Positions 12,217 through 24,253 of a DNA stretch of 64,000 bases are shown here, piece by piece. Source of the DNA: Plasmodiophora brassicae (Eukaryota). Both the position numbers and the translations under genes were made by a program. Below the pieces are notes generated by a model. It had not been told where the DNA came from and ran no database searches. It worked only from the letters and a program-made list of their open reading frames with translations. How positions within the stretch are numbered: position 1 is the stretch's first letter; every line of letters starts with the position of its first letter. The stretch spans positions 310,001 through 374,000 of the forward strand of contig CP145423.1 of the NCBI GenBank assembly GCA_036867785.1, written 5' to 3'.

Positions 12217-13937
12217 TTATTCGATGCGGAGGCCCGGCGTGTTTCGTAGCCCCATGACGGCTACGGTTTTCTGAAGGGGTGCATGCCATATCAGACTTCG
12301 GAGCAAACGCTGCATAGGCTATATACGTCATTCCGACCTTTTGCATAGCAGGAACCTGTTTCAGACCCATTATGGTCGCGAACTGGTTCGCCATGGCGAC
12401 AAGCTTGTCTTTGGACCACGTCAGCGCACGCAGATGGCTGTTGTAGAACCCCAGGAACGCCTGATACGCTTGCGCGCCGGCTTTCACGAGCGCAGCGTCC
12501 TTTGGCACATCCGATAGCGCCAGATTCATCTCCAGCGACTTCCTGGCGTTGGCGACCACCGGCGTCCCAGCGATGTCCTTGATGGGCAGATCCTGCAAGT
12601 CGCCCAGCATGGCCTGCTCGAACGGCGCCAGTAAGAGGATGCCGCGTCCCTGGCGTCCGGCCCGCGCCGTTCGTCCGACGCGATGAATGTACTGCTCGCG
12701 AGTCGTCAGGCCCACCTGCACGATCAGCGACACGTCCGGGTAATCGACCCCGCGCGCGCTGACGTCCGACGTGAACATGATTAGGCCCGACCCCTTCCGG
12801 AACTGGTCCGCGATCTTCGTCCGCGCCGCCTGCGACTTCCTGCTGTGCATTTCCAGGATGGGCAGGCCGGCGCGCGCGAACAGTTTGGCACAGAAGCCGA
12901 CGACGCGCGCCGTCGGGAAGAAGACGATGACCTTGAAGTCGCGTGTGCACTCTTTCATGTGCGCCCGCAGGACGCTCTCCAGCACAACGAGCTGCTTGTC
13001 GAACGGGACGACGGCACACTCCTGGTCGACTTGCGGGTTCGTGTCGGTGTCTTCCTCGCCGACCGTATCGATGAATTCGTGATCGTCGCGCAAGGCGATA
13101 TTCACGATGTTGTGTACCTGTTTCGGGATGGTTGCTGAGAACAGCAGCGTCTGGCGCCGGTCCTTGGCCGGCAGCATGCTCAAGATCTGTGTGATGTCTG
13201 TCGCGGCAGTTGTTAGCGATCATCGCAGACGGAAGGAGACCGCGCGCAGGTGGTACCTCGCTGGAACCCACAATCCAGAAGCTGATCCGCCTCGTCCAGA
13301 ACCACAATGCGGAGGTTGTCCAGCATCTCAGCGGCGCCTTTCGTGTCCCGAAGATGGGCCAGCAGGCGGCCCGGTGTCGCAACCAGGACATCGATCGTCA
13401 TTCCGCCCTGCAAGCGCGCCTGTTCCATCCGGAGATTCGACCCACCGATGACGCAGTCGACATTGAAGCCGTGGAATCGGCTCAGCGTCCGGGCCTCGAT
13501 CATCGTCTGCTGGGCCAGCTCGCGGGTCGGGCTCAGGATCACGACCGACGTCTTCGTCCGCGGGAAGCCCACCATACGCTCAATGGATGGCAGCAGGAAG
13601 GCGACTAACGCAAACTCGTTCAGCAGGTGCGACATCCCGGGAACAACACCGACCAATCCCAACGCGTTTTCCCGGTCCCCGTCTTCGCCTTGGCGAGAAT
13701 ATCGCCACCAGCTAGGATCCGAGGCAGCGTCTCCGCCTGGACGGGCGTCAGCGCCTCAAACCCCATGCTGTCGATCGCCGCCCGCGTCTTCGGCGACAAC
13801 TGCAGCGACGCAAACGCCACCCGCGGTGCATCCGGTCGGCCGGCCGCCGTCGCGCTTGCCGCCAGCCACCTGCCCGCGACGCGACATCGCCCCGGCGTCC
13901 AGGCGCCCAGCAACACACGACGAGCCAACATCATCAT
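12217..13937 (-). CDS. DEAD-box RNA helicase, Mss116-like, with predicted mitochondrial presequence; 4 exons
   Basis: Arg/Ala-rich N-terminus MMMLARRVLL; AKTGTGKT, SPTRELA, ATPGRL, DEAD, SAT, SDVSARGVD, YIHRVGRTARAG. Last exon KTVAVMGLRNTPGLRIE* ends at 12217. Confidence 0.92.
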
Positions 13938-14007
13938 TGCGACAGTCGTCGGCGCACGGTGCGGCTGGACTGGCGCGCGCACAGTCGGTTCGCGCCCCGT
14001 CGCGGGG

Positions 14008-14207
14008 AACTGCAGCTCCCGGAGTCTGTTGCACCGTACAACTGCAGCCCCCGGAGTCTGTTGCACTGTACAACTGCAGCCCCCGGAGTCTGTTGCACTG
14101 TACAACTGCAGCCCCCGGAGTCTGTTGCACTGTACAACTGCAACCCCCGGAGTCTGTTGCACTGTACAACTGCAGCCCCCGGAGTCTGTTGCACTGTACA
14201 ACTGCAG
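14008..14207. repeat. Minisatellite: 32-bp unit AACTGCAGCCCCCGGAGTCTGTTGCACTGTAC, ~6.25 copies
   Basis: Six near-identical head-to-tail units with no spacers, ~70 bp upstream of the helicase ATG. Confidence 0.95.
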
Positions 14208-14349
14208 CAGGGGGCAGCAGTCAGCACCTGAGGGGACGTCCTTGGGCGACATTTTTCATTCGGGAATTCGGTAGGCGACTGCAACGGCAGCGTCGCGGTG
14301 AGGGGCGCCCGCTTCGGGACGGACGGACGTCCAGGGGTGCGTTGTTCAT

Positions 14350-14937
14350 TTAGGGATGTGGGGTGGTGGTGGTTGGCGGTGGGTTGGCCCAGCCGACGAG
14401 CAGGTTGAGGACGCCGGCGACGGCGAGGACGACGCAGGCGATGTACTGGAGGAGGGCGATGCCGAGGTCGGGGACGCCGGTGGCGACGAACAGGTAGAGC
14501 AGGCCGCGGCCGGTCGGCGATTTCAGGAACGGGGCGTGCGCGAGGAGGGATGGCCAGCGCAGCTCGGCCATGACGAACAGGCAGCCGTAGACAGTGAGGT
14601 GGAACGCCTGTCCCCACCAGAAGGGCGCTGCAAACGATCGGGTCAGGCCGTCTGTTCGTCACCCGCAGGCTACCGCGGGGAACCCACAAAGCCATTTGAA
14701 CATGAGGAATCCGGATGCGACGCAGAAGAGCAGGAATCCGCCCATGGCGAGACCGAGCATGCGCAGCGCTCGGTGGACGGCGCTGTTTACGACCATTTCA
14801 GCGACGCTTTCGCCGATTTTCTCCTTGATCTGCTGGGCCGTCGTGGCCGGCGCCATTGGTACTTTGACGCTCGCGTCGGTGCTGATCTGACCTTCCAACA
14901 GGGATACATCCTGCATAGGACCGTCCATTATTGGCAC
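14350..14937 (-). CDS. COPI-associated/TVP15-like Golgi membrane protein; 2 exons
   Basis: Four hydrophobic segments and the FVMAEL...FLKSPTGRGLLYLF motif typical of the COPI_assoc family. Start codon uncertain. Confidence 0.7.
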
Positions 14938-15034
14938 ACGCGTTAGTAATTGACGCGAACTGGGTGCACTGAGCAGGCCAATGAGTCAACGTGGTCGGTC
15001 ATTCCCAGTTCGGCAATGCTGTATGATGATTTCA

Positions 15035-15750
15035 TCAGAGTTCCGATGCCAGCTCCTCAAGTTTCCCTTCGTATGACGCGTTAAACGCGTTTGCAATGTA
15101 CAGGAACGGCGCTTCGACGTTCTTGCCCTCGAGCTGCTCGCCGGGCGTTAGACCACCGCCTAGACACCACAGTCGTCCGTACCGCTGAACATTCAAAGTA
15201 CTCGAGCCCAATGGACTTGGCGTAGTCGTTCGCTTCCTTCGTCGGCACATCGGCGAATTCTTTCAGGTCGGATTTGCAGGCGACCAGAACGCCCGGTAGG
15301 CCCGGCCTGTTCAGGTCGTCCCGGATCTTGGCGATCCAGTGCTTCGCGTTGTCGTAGGTCGACCGTTCCGCCATGTCGAACGCCGCAATGACCTGGTTGG
15401 CGTTGGCGCACTGGCCGACCCGTAGTTAGCCCAGGGCCAATGAGCGCACGCTGCTGCCGCTACGAACGCATTGTCGTCGGATATCGTCGTACATTTCCTC
15501 GCCGCTCGTATCGAATACGAACAACTCGACCGTGTTCCCCGATCCCGCAATCGGCACCGCCTTGACTGAGAAGTCGACACCCAGAGTCTACGCCACGGGT
15601 CAGCACCTGACGCCAACGCGAGCCGAACGTTCGAGCGCCTACCATGACGTAGTTCTTCGGGTACACGCTGCTGTGGAAGTTCTGCGTCAGGGCGCTCTTG
15701 CCCACGCGCGCATCACCGACGACCACGACTTTGCACCGCAGCAACGTCAT
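15035..15750 (-). CDS. IFT27: Intraflagellar transport protein 27 (RABL4 small GTPase); 4 exons
   Basis: MTLLRCKVVVVGDARVGKSALTQNFHS..YPKNYVM|TLGVDFSVKAVPI..TVELFVFD; GVLVACKSDL; LEYFECSA; NVEAPF; no C-terminal prenylation Cys. Confidence 0.9.
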
Positions 15751-15904
15751 CGCCGGGTCCCAACTGGTCACAGACACACAGACGGAGCGATGGAACCTCC
15801 CGGCCACACGGTACTCGCCATTGTAGCAGTCGATCCCGTGCAATCTCGATTTGGAGGGTCGCGGAGTTGCAGGACGGTTGGGCGATGATTGCTGCGGGAC
15901 CGAC

Positions 15905-16543
15905 ATGGAATCGACGGTGGTGACGCTGGGCGCCTGGGCGGCCGTTCGTCGGCGATGGTCGCAGGCGAGGTCGATCTGGGCGAAGTCGCCGGACCTCAGA
16001 CGCATGGTCCAGTTCGGGTTCTCCACGCTGGTCGGCACGATCCTGTTCATCGCCATGTGCGAATCGCTGCACCGGATCCTGTACATCTCCATGGGCGTTC
16101 GACGGCAGAACGCGTTCCTCATATCGTATATCGCCAGCTATCTCACCTCGATCCTCTGGCAGCACTCGCTGAACAGGTTCGCAGATGCAGGCGCCTGTGT
16201 CGGTGCTCTCCGCTAATCCCGCGCGCAACAGACTGTTTATTCAGACGTCAGGCAAGCAGGAGCCGTACTGCCAGAGCCTGCACCACACGTTTATGGTGCG
16301 GTGCGCCGTCGACCGCGCCCTCTGCTCGCGTTGCTGACGATTCGTTTGCAGGCCTACACCGGCACGCTCCTGATCAGCCTTGCGCTGGGCGCGTTCCTGA
16401 TCGGCGTTGTCGGCCTAAGCTCGCGGGCGTCCAGCATTGTCACCTTGCTGGTCGGTGGCGCCCTCAACTATAGGCTGCTACAGTCGCCGGCCGACAGGGC
16501 ACCCGGCGCCGATTACAAAACCGTCGACCAGCACGACGTATAA
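15905..16543 (+). CDS. GtrA-like four-TM membrane protein; 3 exons
   Basis: RMVQFGFSTLVGTILF...SYLTSILWQHSLNR|LF...YTGTLLISL...VGGALNYRLL pattern matches GtrA-like proteins. Divergent from IFT27 across ~155 bp. Confidence 0.6.
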
Positions 16544-16609
16544 CGCTGATACACATGGCCCCCTGTCTGGCGGTTGGTCCGGATAGGCATCGTTAGGGGT
16601 TTGTTAACG

Positions 16610-19600
16610 TCACCGGCTACCCCTCCGGTCTGTTACTGTGGCACCCGGCGCCAGCGGCGGTAGGTCGGGCCGGGCGTTGGGGCGAGCACCGCCGCCCCGT
16701 TGCTTGTTCGTCTTGACGACCTGCATGACGCCGACGCGCGGGTTCGCCCCGAACCGCTCGTTATAGTTCTTCTCGCGGTTCGCCAGCTCCAGCTTGAACA
16801 GCTTCATGTCGCTCATGACCTGGTCGACCACCTCCTGCTGGTGCGCCGACAGCTTTTCCAGCTCCTGGATCCGCTCCACGTCTTCGCGGCGCGACTCCCG
16901 GTTCCGGAACCGCGTCTCGATCGCGTCGATCCGCCTGCGTACGTTGTAGAGCTCGCCCTCCAGCTGCTCCTTCTCGTGGTCGAACTCCGCCTGCCTGGCC
17001 TGCAGCGCCTGCCGATGCTCACGTTCCAGGCGCTCGATGCTGGCCGCTGATCGGAACGCGGCGTCGCGACCCCGATCTTCCAGGTCTTGCACCTGGTGCT
17101 GAAGTTGTTCGATGTCTGAACACACCGCTGGTCAGGGCGACGCCATCGTGTGACATGACGAGCGGGTATCGGACTTGTTCGTGCTCGGCCCAGCTCGATC
17201 TTCTTCGCCTCCAGCATGGCCGACACCTCGTCGACCTTGCTCTTCGACGACAGTATGATCTCCTCCATGCGTTCGTCGCGCCGGCCGATCTCCGCTCGCA
17301 ACCCATCCATCTCGCGACGATGCGCGCTGTGTCCCCCCGACACACATCAGCGACATCACGACGCAATCAGCGCAGACGCAGCGCGCGTTACCCATCGGCT
17401 TTGGAGAGTTCGGCGCGGTGCCTGGCTCGCTCTTCGTCTAACTGCATCTCGAAGTCGACCTTGCACTTCTCCAGTGCCGCCTTGGTCTCCGACGAGGCCT
17501 GTTTCGCCGCCAACCGCAACCGCTCCTGCTTCGCAGTCAGCCGCGAACGTCGTCCCGAACAAGGTCGCGCATCCCACCTCATGCAGCCTTCCCATGTCCT
17601 GCATGGCTCGTTCCAGTTCGCCTCGCTGCCGGCCCAGCTGGGCGGCCATCTCCAGCTGCGACGCCTGCCGCTCCTTCACAATCGCATCCTGTAACCTGTG
17701 CCACGGTCAGGAGCACGAGCGGCAGACAGGACCCGTCACATCCTTACGCCTGCTGGGCGCGTTCGCGTTCCATCTCGAGGGCCGACGCGTGCTCAGCTAG
17801 AAGTCGACGACCGGCCATGTCGTGGGCGGCTTTCAGCTCGAGGACGACCCGGTCGCGTTCAGCAACGGTCTCGAGGACGATGGCATTGTTGGCGCGCGCC
17901 GCTTCGTGCAGGGCGGCCTCGTGGGCGTCGGCCATCTTGCGCAAGCGCTCCTCGCGATCCTGCACCGACGAGTCCAACGCCGACTGTGCCGCACGGTACC
18001 GCTCGGCAACGTCGCGCGCGTCACCTTCCGCCTGCGCGCGCAACGCCCGCTCTTGACCAAGGTCGTTCTGCATCGCGTCCAGCTCCCGGCGCGACACAAC
18101 CAGCTCCTAAGCGACGACGTCGACGCTCAGTTCCAAACGGACACCACTGGGACGAAACGACGGAAAACCTGCTCCAACTCGTCGATGGACCGCTTGGCGG
18201 CGTCCAGCGTCGTGTTCGCGTTCTGGCTCAGGTGCTGGATCAGGTCCAGGCGGTCGGCCTCCCACCGATCCTGGGCCGCTGAGAATGCCGAGCGCGCCTG
18301 CCCACCACGCCCGTTAGCGTTACCATCAGCACCTAGGCAACCGGGCCGACCTTTGCCCTTTCGGATTCGACCGCTTCGGCCAGGGCGCGCTTGCCACGCT
18401 GCTCTTCATCGACAAGCCGCGCCTGCCACTGTCGTTCCGCAGCGACCCGTCGATCGCCTTCGTCGACCAGTCGCCGATCGCGCTCCTGGATGACGTTGCG
18501 AAGCATCGTGACCTCGCGTCCGAGCTTCTCCTTCGCCGTTGACCATTCGGCAACGCGCTCCTGAAGGTCCCGCTCCATGTCCGCTTTCATGGCATCGGCC
18601 TTGGCGCGTTCAGCGTTGACGGCGTCATCGAGCTGGCGTTGCCTGGCTTCCATGGCTGACTGCTGCGCACGAAGATCGTCGCCCGCGCGTTGCTTGATGG
18701 ACTCGCACTGCCTTGCGAGGTTCGCCGCCCATTCCTCTTCGGACCTTCGTAGCTCGTCCTGCATCTGGTGCCGGGCCCACTGCCACTCGGCGCGCTCCCG
18801 TGCTAGCCCGGCCTGCAACTCATCCCGTTCCTTCTCCAGCGCCGTGGTCGTCGCCACCGCCGCCATCAGCTGGCGCTTGACCGCGTCCAGCTGCTGGGCC
18901 AGCTGGTCGATCTCCTGCGATCGCGCGCTGAGATCCCGCTGCAGGCCGGCCACGTTCTCGTTCGCCTTGCGAAGGTCGTCGACCCGATCAGCGAGTTCGG
19001 TCTGGACGGCCTCCAGCTGCCGGCGAAGCTCACGTTCCGTTGCCGTCCGCGCCGAACTGGCCGCCTCCAGCGCCTTGCTCGACGATATGCGCTCGTCAGC
19101 GAGCTGGCCGAGCACGATCTCGTATTCGCGATCACGGGTCGCCAAGCGTTCTCGAGTCTCCAGAACCGTCGCATCCCGCTTGGCACAGTCGTCTTGCAAG
19201 ACGGCGACCTTCGCCTCCAGGTCAGAAATCGTCTTGGAGCGCTCGGTAAGCGCTCTGCGGTGCTCGGCACGTTCACCGTCGAACGAGGCCGCCAGCTGTC
19301 GCACCTCGTCGTTGGCTTTGCTGAGGTCAGCGGTCATCATCGCCTTGTAGGCGGCGAGCTGCGAGCGCAGGCCACTGATCTGGGCGTCCTTGTCGGCGAG
19401 CTGGGCGGCGCGGTCCGCCTCTGCGGCCCGCAGGACGCGCTCGTTCTCCTGGCGAAGTTCGTCGAGCGCACGGGCGCGCTCTTTGGCGAGGCAGGCACGA
19501 AGTTGGTCCTCGGCGCGGCACCGCTCCGCCAGCATCGCGTTGTAATTCTCGTTGCTGCTCGTCACGACCGACTCCACCTCCACCTTGCACTTTTCGCGAA

Positions 19601-20179
19601 CCTCGGCGATCTTCGCCTCGCTGTGCCGCTCGACCTTCTGCACCGCCTTCTCCAGCTCCTTGACTCGAAGAGCAAACTGTGCCTGTTGAATCAGAGCGCT
19701 TTCGCAGCGGGACACACAGCAGGCCCTACGTCTTTCTTTGCTTTGCGAACGCCGTTCTTGATGGATTCGATCTTGGCAACGGCGTCGTTCTGGATGGCGG
19801 TCTCGCGTTCCTTGGCTTTGGCGAGGGTGTCGACGAGGGCGGCCTTCATGGCCGCGTTCTCCTGCGCGCGAACGTGCTCGACTTCTGCGAGCTTCTTCTC
19901 GAAGGCTGTGCGGTCGAACTGGCGCTGGACCTGGTCCTGGAACTTGGTCATCTTGGCGTAGGCGTCCTTGAGGATCTGGTCGATTTCCGTCTCGTACGAC
20001 TGCTGCAGGCCCTTGACCTCGCTCATGTGGTCCTCGTTCTTCGTGTTCAGGTGATAGATCACTTTCGTCAACTGGGCGATCTTCTTGCTCATCTTCAGGT
20101 GCAGGTCGTTGCTGTCGCCGCCGCCATCGAGGGCAGCCGCCCCAGGCAACGGCGCCCGCCCCGTCTTCAACATGGTCAC
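16610..20179 (-). CDS. FAM184A: FAM184A/B-like long coiled-coil protein; multi-exon
   Basis: N-terminal MSKKIAQLTKVIYHLNTKNEDH and C-terminal FKLELANREKNYNERF motifs flank an extended heptad coiled coil. Confidence 0.8.
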
Positions 20180-20290
20180 TATGGCACACGGGCCTAATTA
20201 ATCTCTATGTTGAGGTACTATGACGATCCTTGTCCAGAAATGACTATCATCATGGACGATCTGCCAGCCTGGAGTCAAACATGACATTCA

Positions 20291-22512
20291 TTACCGACAT
20301 GGTGTTCTCGACAGGATGCTGGCTGCCAGTTGAAAGTCTGCCTGCGTGACACGGTCCGCATTCCGGTCCCGCTGAAGAGCGGACAGGCCGGCCCGGTGAA
20401 CCAACGACGACAGCTGGGCTCCCGTTGGACAATCGCACGCATCGACTACGTTTTCAAGGCGGATGTCATCGTCAAGAGGCATTGCCGCCGTCAGCTCGCG
20501 GAGAATTTCAATCCGATCGTCCCTCGTTGGCATCGGCAACTCAAGCATAAGGTCGAATCGTCCTGGGAACGTATGCATTAAGCCGCGTTTCTCGTCAATC
20601 CGCAAGTAAGCAGTACCTGGACGCAGCAACGCCGAATCGATAAGATCAATTCGGTTCGACGACGCCAGGAGGAAGACGCCAATGCGATCCTCGACACCAT
20701 CAAGCTCATTCAGCAGCGTCGACAGGACTCTTGACTGAACACCGGAATCGTCTGGAGCCTCCCTTTCACGGGACGCAGCGATCGCATCTTACAACCGGGT
20801 TAGAATATAACGAACCGACGATGTGGAACGCATAACGAACGCCGACCTATGTCATCGAAAAACAGGACACACGGCGTCATGCTCCTTGCTTGTCGAAACA
20901 GCTGCCGTATGCGCGCCTCGCTCTCGCCATAGTACTTGGATAGCAGATCGGCGGCATTCACGGGGACAAAGTTGAGAAACGGGTCGTGCGACAACGTTCG
21001 CGCCAGCAACGTCTTCCCGCAACCAGATGGGCTAGGCAGGCGACAGCGTCAGGAACTGGACATGAGCAGCGGTGAACATTAAGCAATACCCATGAAGGAG
21101 GATCCCGTTGATCAGGGACACCTGTCCTGTTTGATGTCCGACCCACTGCTCTCGAATTGTGTTAAACCTCTTGCGAACAGCTTGATACCCGCCGAAACGA
21201 TGCCTGTACTTGGAGGTACTCGGCCGACGAGGTGCAGCATCGTCAAACAGAGCTTTGTTGCCAATAGACTGACCCGTCTGACGGCACACAGTCCACACCC
21301 GCCGACATCTACGACATTTCGATTAGGCGAACTGTCACAAGCTCAGTGAGACTCATATCCCATACAAGCCTACGAGGTCTCCCGCGAGACTGCCAGGCGT
21401 CGTTTGTGCGACGTGAGCGCACAAATCGTTCAGAGCGTCTCCTTGAACGTGGCCCTGTAGGAGGTTGCGGATGATGGACAAGCGAGTTGTGTAGGTCGGT
21501 ACAGGGACGGAGACGTGTGTTGAAAACCGCGCGCAATTGCCCGATAAAAGAAGCGATGAATCGCTCGCGACGGTGATGGTTGCAATCACGTCAGCATGGC
21601 CCTCAGCAAACGCAATTGCTGGGAACACATCGTCCATGCCAAGAAGTTCAACGTCATCAAGAACGATTACAAACGGTCGTAGGCGCTGCTCGGCAATGAT
21701 GTGTTCCACACGCCGGCGCATGTCGATACATCCAGCGACGAAAGCGTACGGTAAGCAGGAACGACGGGCAAGCGAGCGGACCATCGTCGTCTTCCCAGCA
21801 CCACGAGGGCCGCTAACCAGTACAGGTCCAGTTCTGCGAGCGAAATTCAACAACTGTCTCTTTTCGTCGCTCACGTCCGATCGCTGAAGTTCCGACAGCG
21901 TCGCTGGAACCAGTGCACGTCAACGTACCGCCGCGAGCAACCTGGTGCAATAGGGCTCTTACAATCCAACTCCAGCAGGCTTGCTGCTATGTCCACGTCC
22001 AACGCTGGACCGTCTTGACATTGGACTTCGACGACCGTATCGTCAGTGACCATCGCGAACTCACCGTCATGCAGCTGCCGAACGCCAGCTGCATCATCCA
22101 GGCACAGCACCTCGACGACAGTGTGCAGCTCGTCGTCCAACCCTCCCGGGAAACACATTCCGCAGACAACAGGTAGATCACCTGAACGGATCAATGAGCT
22201 TCCCCAGCATCGACCCGACAGGAGCGCAGCCGAACCCAGACAGTCCCGACTGCCGCCCGACACCCGGATCGAGTACGCAGCGACGCGCCGACCGAGGCGC
22301 CGAACGCTGGCGGGGCGCGACCCCCATTTCGCACCGCGCGTGAACGCGACGAACGGCAGCTGCACGTGGCGGTCGCCCCGGTCCCAGACACACCAGACGT
22401 GGCCGACGCCGTCATCCACGACGGCAGCCATCATTCCCGAATGACGGCAAAAATGCACCCTGGCCATGCAGTCAGCACCGTCGGCGGGCGCAGGTCGAAC
22501 CCGCGCCGCCAC
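20291..22512 (-). CDS. CDC48/SPATA5-like double AAA+ ATPase; multi-exon, start uncertain
   Basis: D1 Walker [10 protein letters not shown]2 [69 protein letters not shown]. Confidence 0.85.
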
Positions 22513-22542
22513 GTGTCGGACTTCCGCAACGACTGCGCCCGG

Positions 22543-23421
22543 ATGAACGCCTTGAAGGTCAGCGCCGCCGTCGTCGTCGTCGTCGTCGCCATCGTCGCGT
22601 CCGTGCTGCTGCGGTCAAGGATCGACACGTGGCATGATGATCGGGAAGCGTCGCTGTTCCTGGCTGCGTTGTCCGGCGACGCGATGTCGCTTCATGGTGC
22701 GGCGACCGGCAACGGCACCGTGCCGCTACGCGATCTCAGGGACAGGTACGGGAACACTCTCCTGCATGTACGTAGTCGGTGCCACCTGTGTCAGGACGGT
22801 GTTCTGATGCGCCAGGCAGTGGGCGGCGAAGGGCGGGCACATCAATTTGTGCGCTTGGCTGCTGGAGGCGCCTCAAGGCCTGAACCTGCATGCCGTCAAC
22901 AATGCCGGGACGCCTGCGTTGCACTGGGCCGTGTATTCCGCGGCGAATGGCGCCAAGCTGATCGAGATACTGGTGGAGCGCGGCGCCAACGTAAATGCGG
23001 CCAACGATCGTCTTGAAACGGTTGGTCGACGTGCGCTGACACGGCATCCATAACCGGAATTGACCAGAGATTGTGTCCTAGGCGTTGCATTGGGCAGTGG
23101 AATGGGATCGTCCGAAAAGCGTTGCCGCCCTGCTCCATGCTGGTGCCGAGCCAAACATGCCTGACGTGAACCAGGACCGTCCTCTGCATCGGATCCCCAG
23201 CGAGTGCACTGCGTCGATGAGGTAGACGGGTCTCATTGCCATTCCCGGAGCATCGCTTTGACCGGGTCGTTAGTTGTGGAGCAATCTTGAAGGAGCTCCT
23301 CAAGTTTAAGGCCGATGCTGCCGCTGTGAACTCGTTTGGGCGCATGGCCCTTGCCCACCTCGATTGGACCTCCGATCTGACCGTCCCCTCGTCATCATTG
23401 AACCCGGCGGCTACAGAATGA
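22543..23421 (+). CDS. Ankyrin-repeat protein with N-terminal signal/anchor; 4 exons
   Basis: Hydrophobic N-terminus; YGNTLLH|WAAKGGH, AGTPALHWAV, GANVNAAN..|TALHWAV, DRPLH, NSFGRMAL. Confidence 0.85.
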
Positions 23422-23529
23422 TATAGTATAAACGTCGGCGGAGCGCCAATGGCGAGTGATATTCAACGACATTTCGTAGGGCGGTCATCTGGCTAAGCCT
23501 TTCTCATTACCAGCGCTGCTGGTGGTTGT

Positions 23530-24250
23530 AGGTCCCCATTCCCTACCGTCATTTCCTTCCACTGCCGTCTTTCTGGTGTTCCTCTGCCTTCCCTTTGTAG
23601 CCCTAGTTCCTAGCGCCCCCCTGACCACCCTTTCCCTTCCCATCCCTATGTCTACTGTCGTCTCTCCTACAAGATCTCCACGATAAGGTCTCTCACTTCA
23701 TTCCAGAGCCGTTCCTTCCTGCAGCCACTCTGTGGTTGGTGGACCAGTCAGCTTCACCACGGGTCGCGGCCAACCGCTCGGACCATGACGCATTCGATCG
23801 CAACGGAGTAGAACGTGTCTCAGATTGTGTCACCGTATTGGGTAACGACCGCGCGTACCTGGCAACCCCCGTTGTGGTGGGCGTCGTTCGGTCCCACTCG
23901 GGACCAGTGAAAGAAATGCCACACCAAAACGACGGTTTGGACGCCTTAACCATCAGGTACGGCTTCGAATCCACCCTGCCTAATCTGCGTCATAATCGCA
24001 ACGCTTAGCGATAACGAGGTGACCGTGAGGCGGAGAAGCTTCAACGCCCCCACACCACGCCATCCGTGATGCACCCAGAAGACGCGCAAATGGATCTGGA
24101 ACTCCCAATAGAAGGTCTATAGAGTGCAAAGGAGCACTTCTTCACGTTTGTGGTGGCAAGGTAGAGGCGCGCTAGACTGCCGCCTCTGGCAGGTCCAGGT
24201 TGTTGCTCGTGCGCCCTGCGGCCCTCTGAGTGGGACAACAGTCAACACGG
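23530..24250 (-). mobile_element. Possible decayed 3' end of a non-LTR retrotransposon
   Basis: Broken frames give VAIMTQIRQGGF and GGCQV(R)...LRHVLLRC, resembling the C-terminal CCHC region of LINE ORF2. A purine-rich putative 3' UTR follows (23530-23690). No RT core seen. Confidence 0.35.
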
Positions 24251-24253
24251 GGC

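Noticed and set aside
14008-14207. CRISPR array (32-bp partly palindromic repeats)
   Set aside because: Units are contiguous with no unique spacers, there are no cas genes, and the context is eukaryotic.
23460-23530. Hammerhead-like motif (CAGATGA...CGAAA on the minus strand)
   Set aside because: The core deviates from CUGAUGA and the stems are unconvincing. The homologous copy at ~26200-26270 does not keep the motif but does keep a reading frame, so this is a coding remnant.
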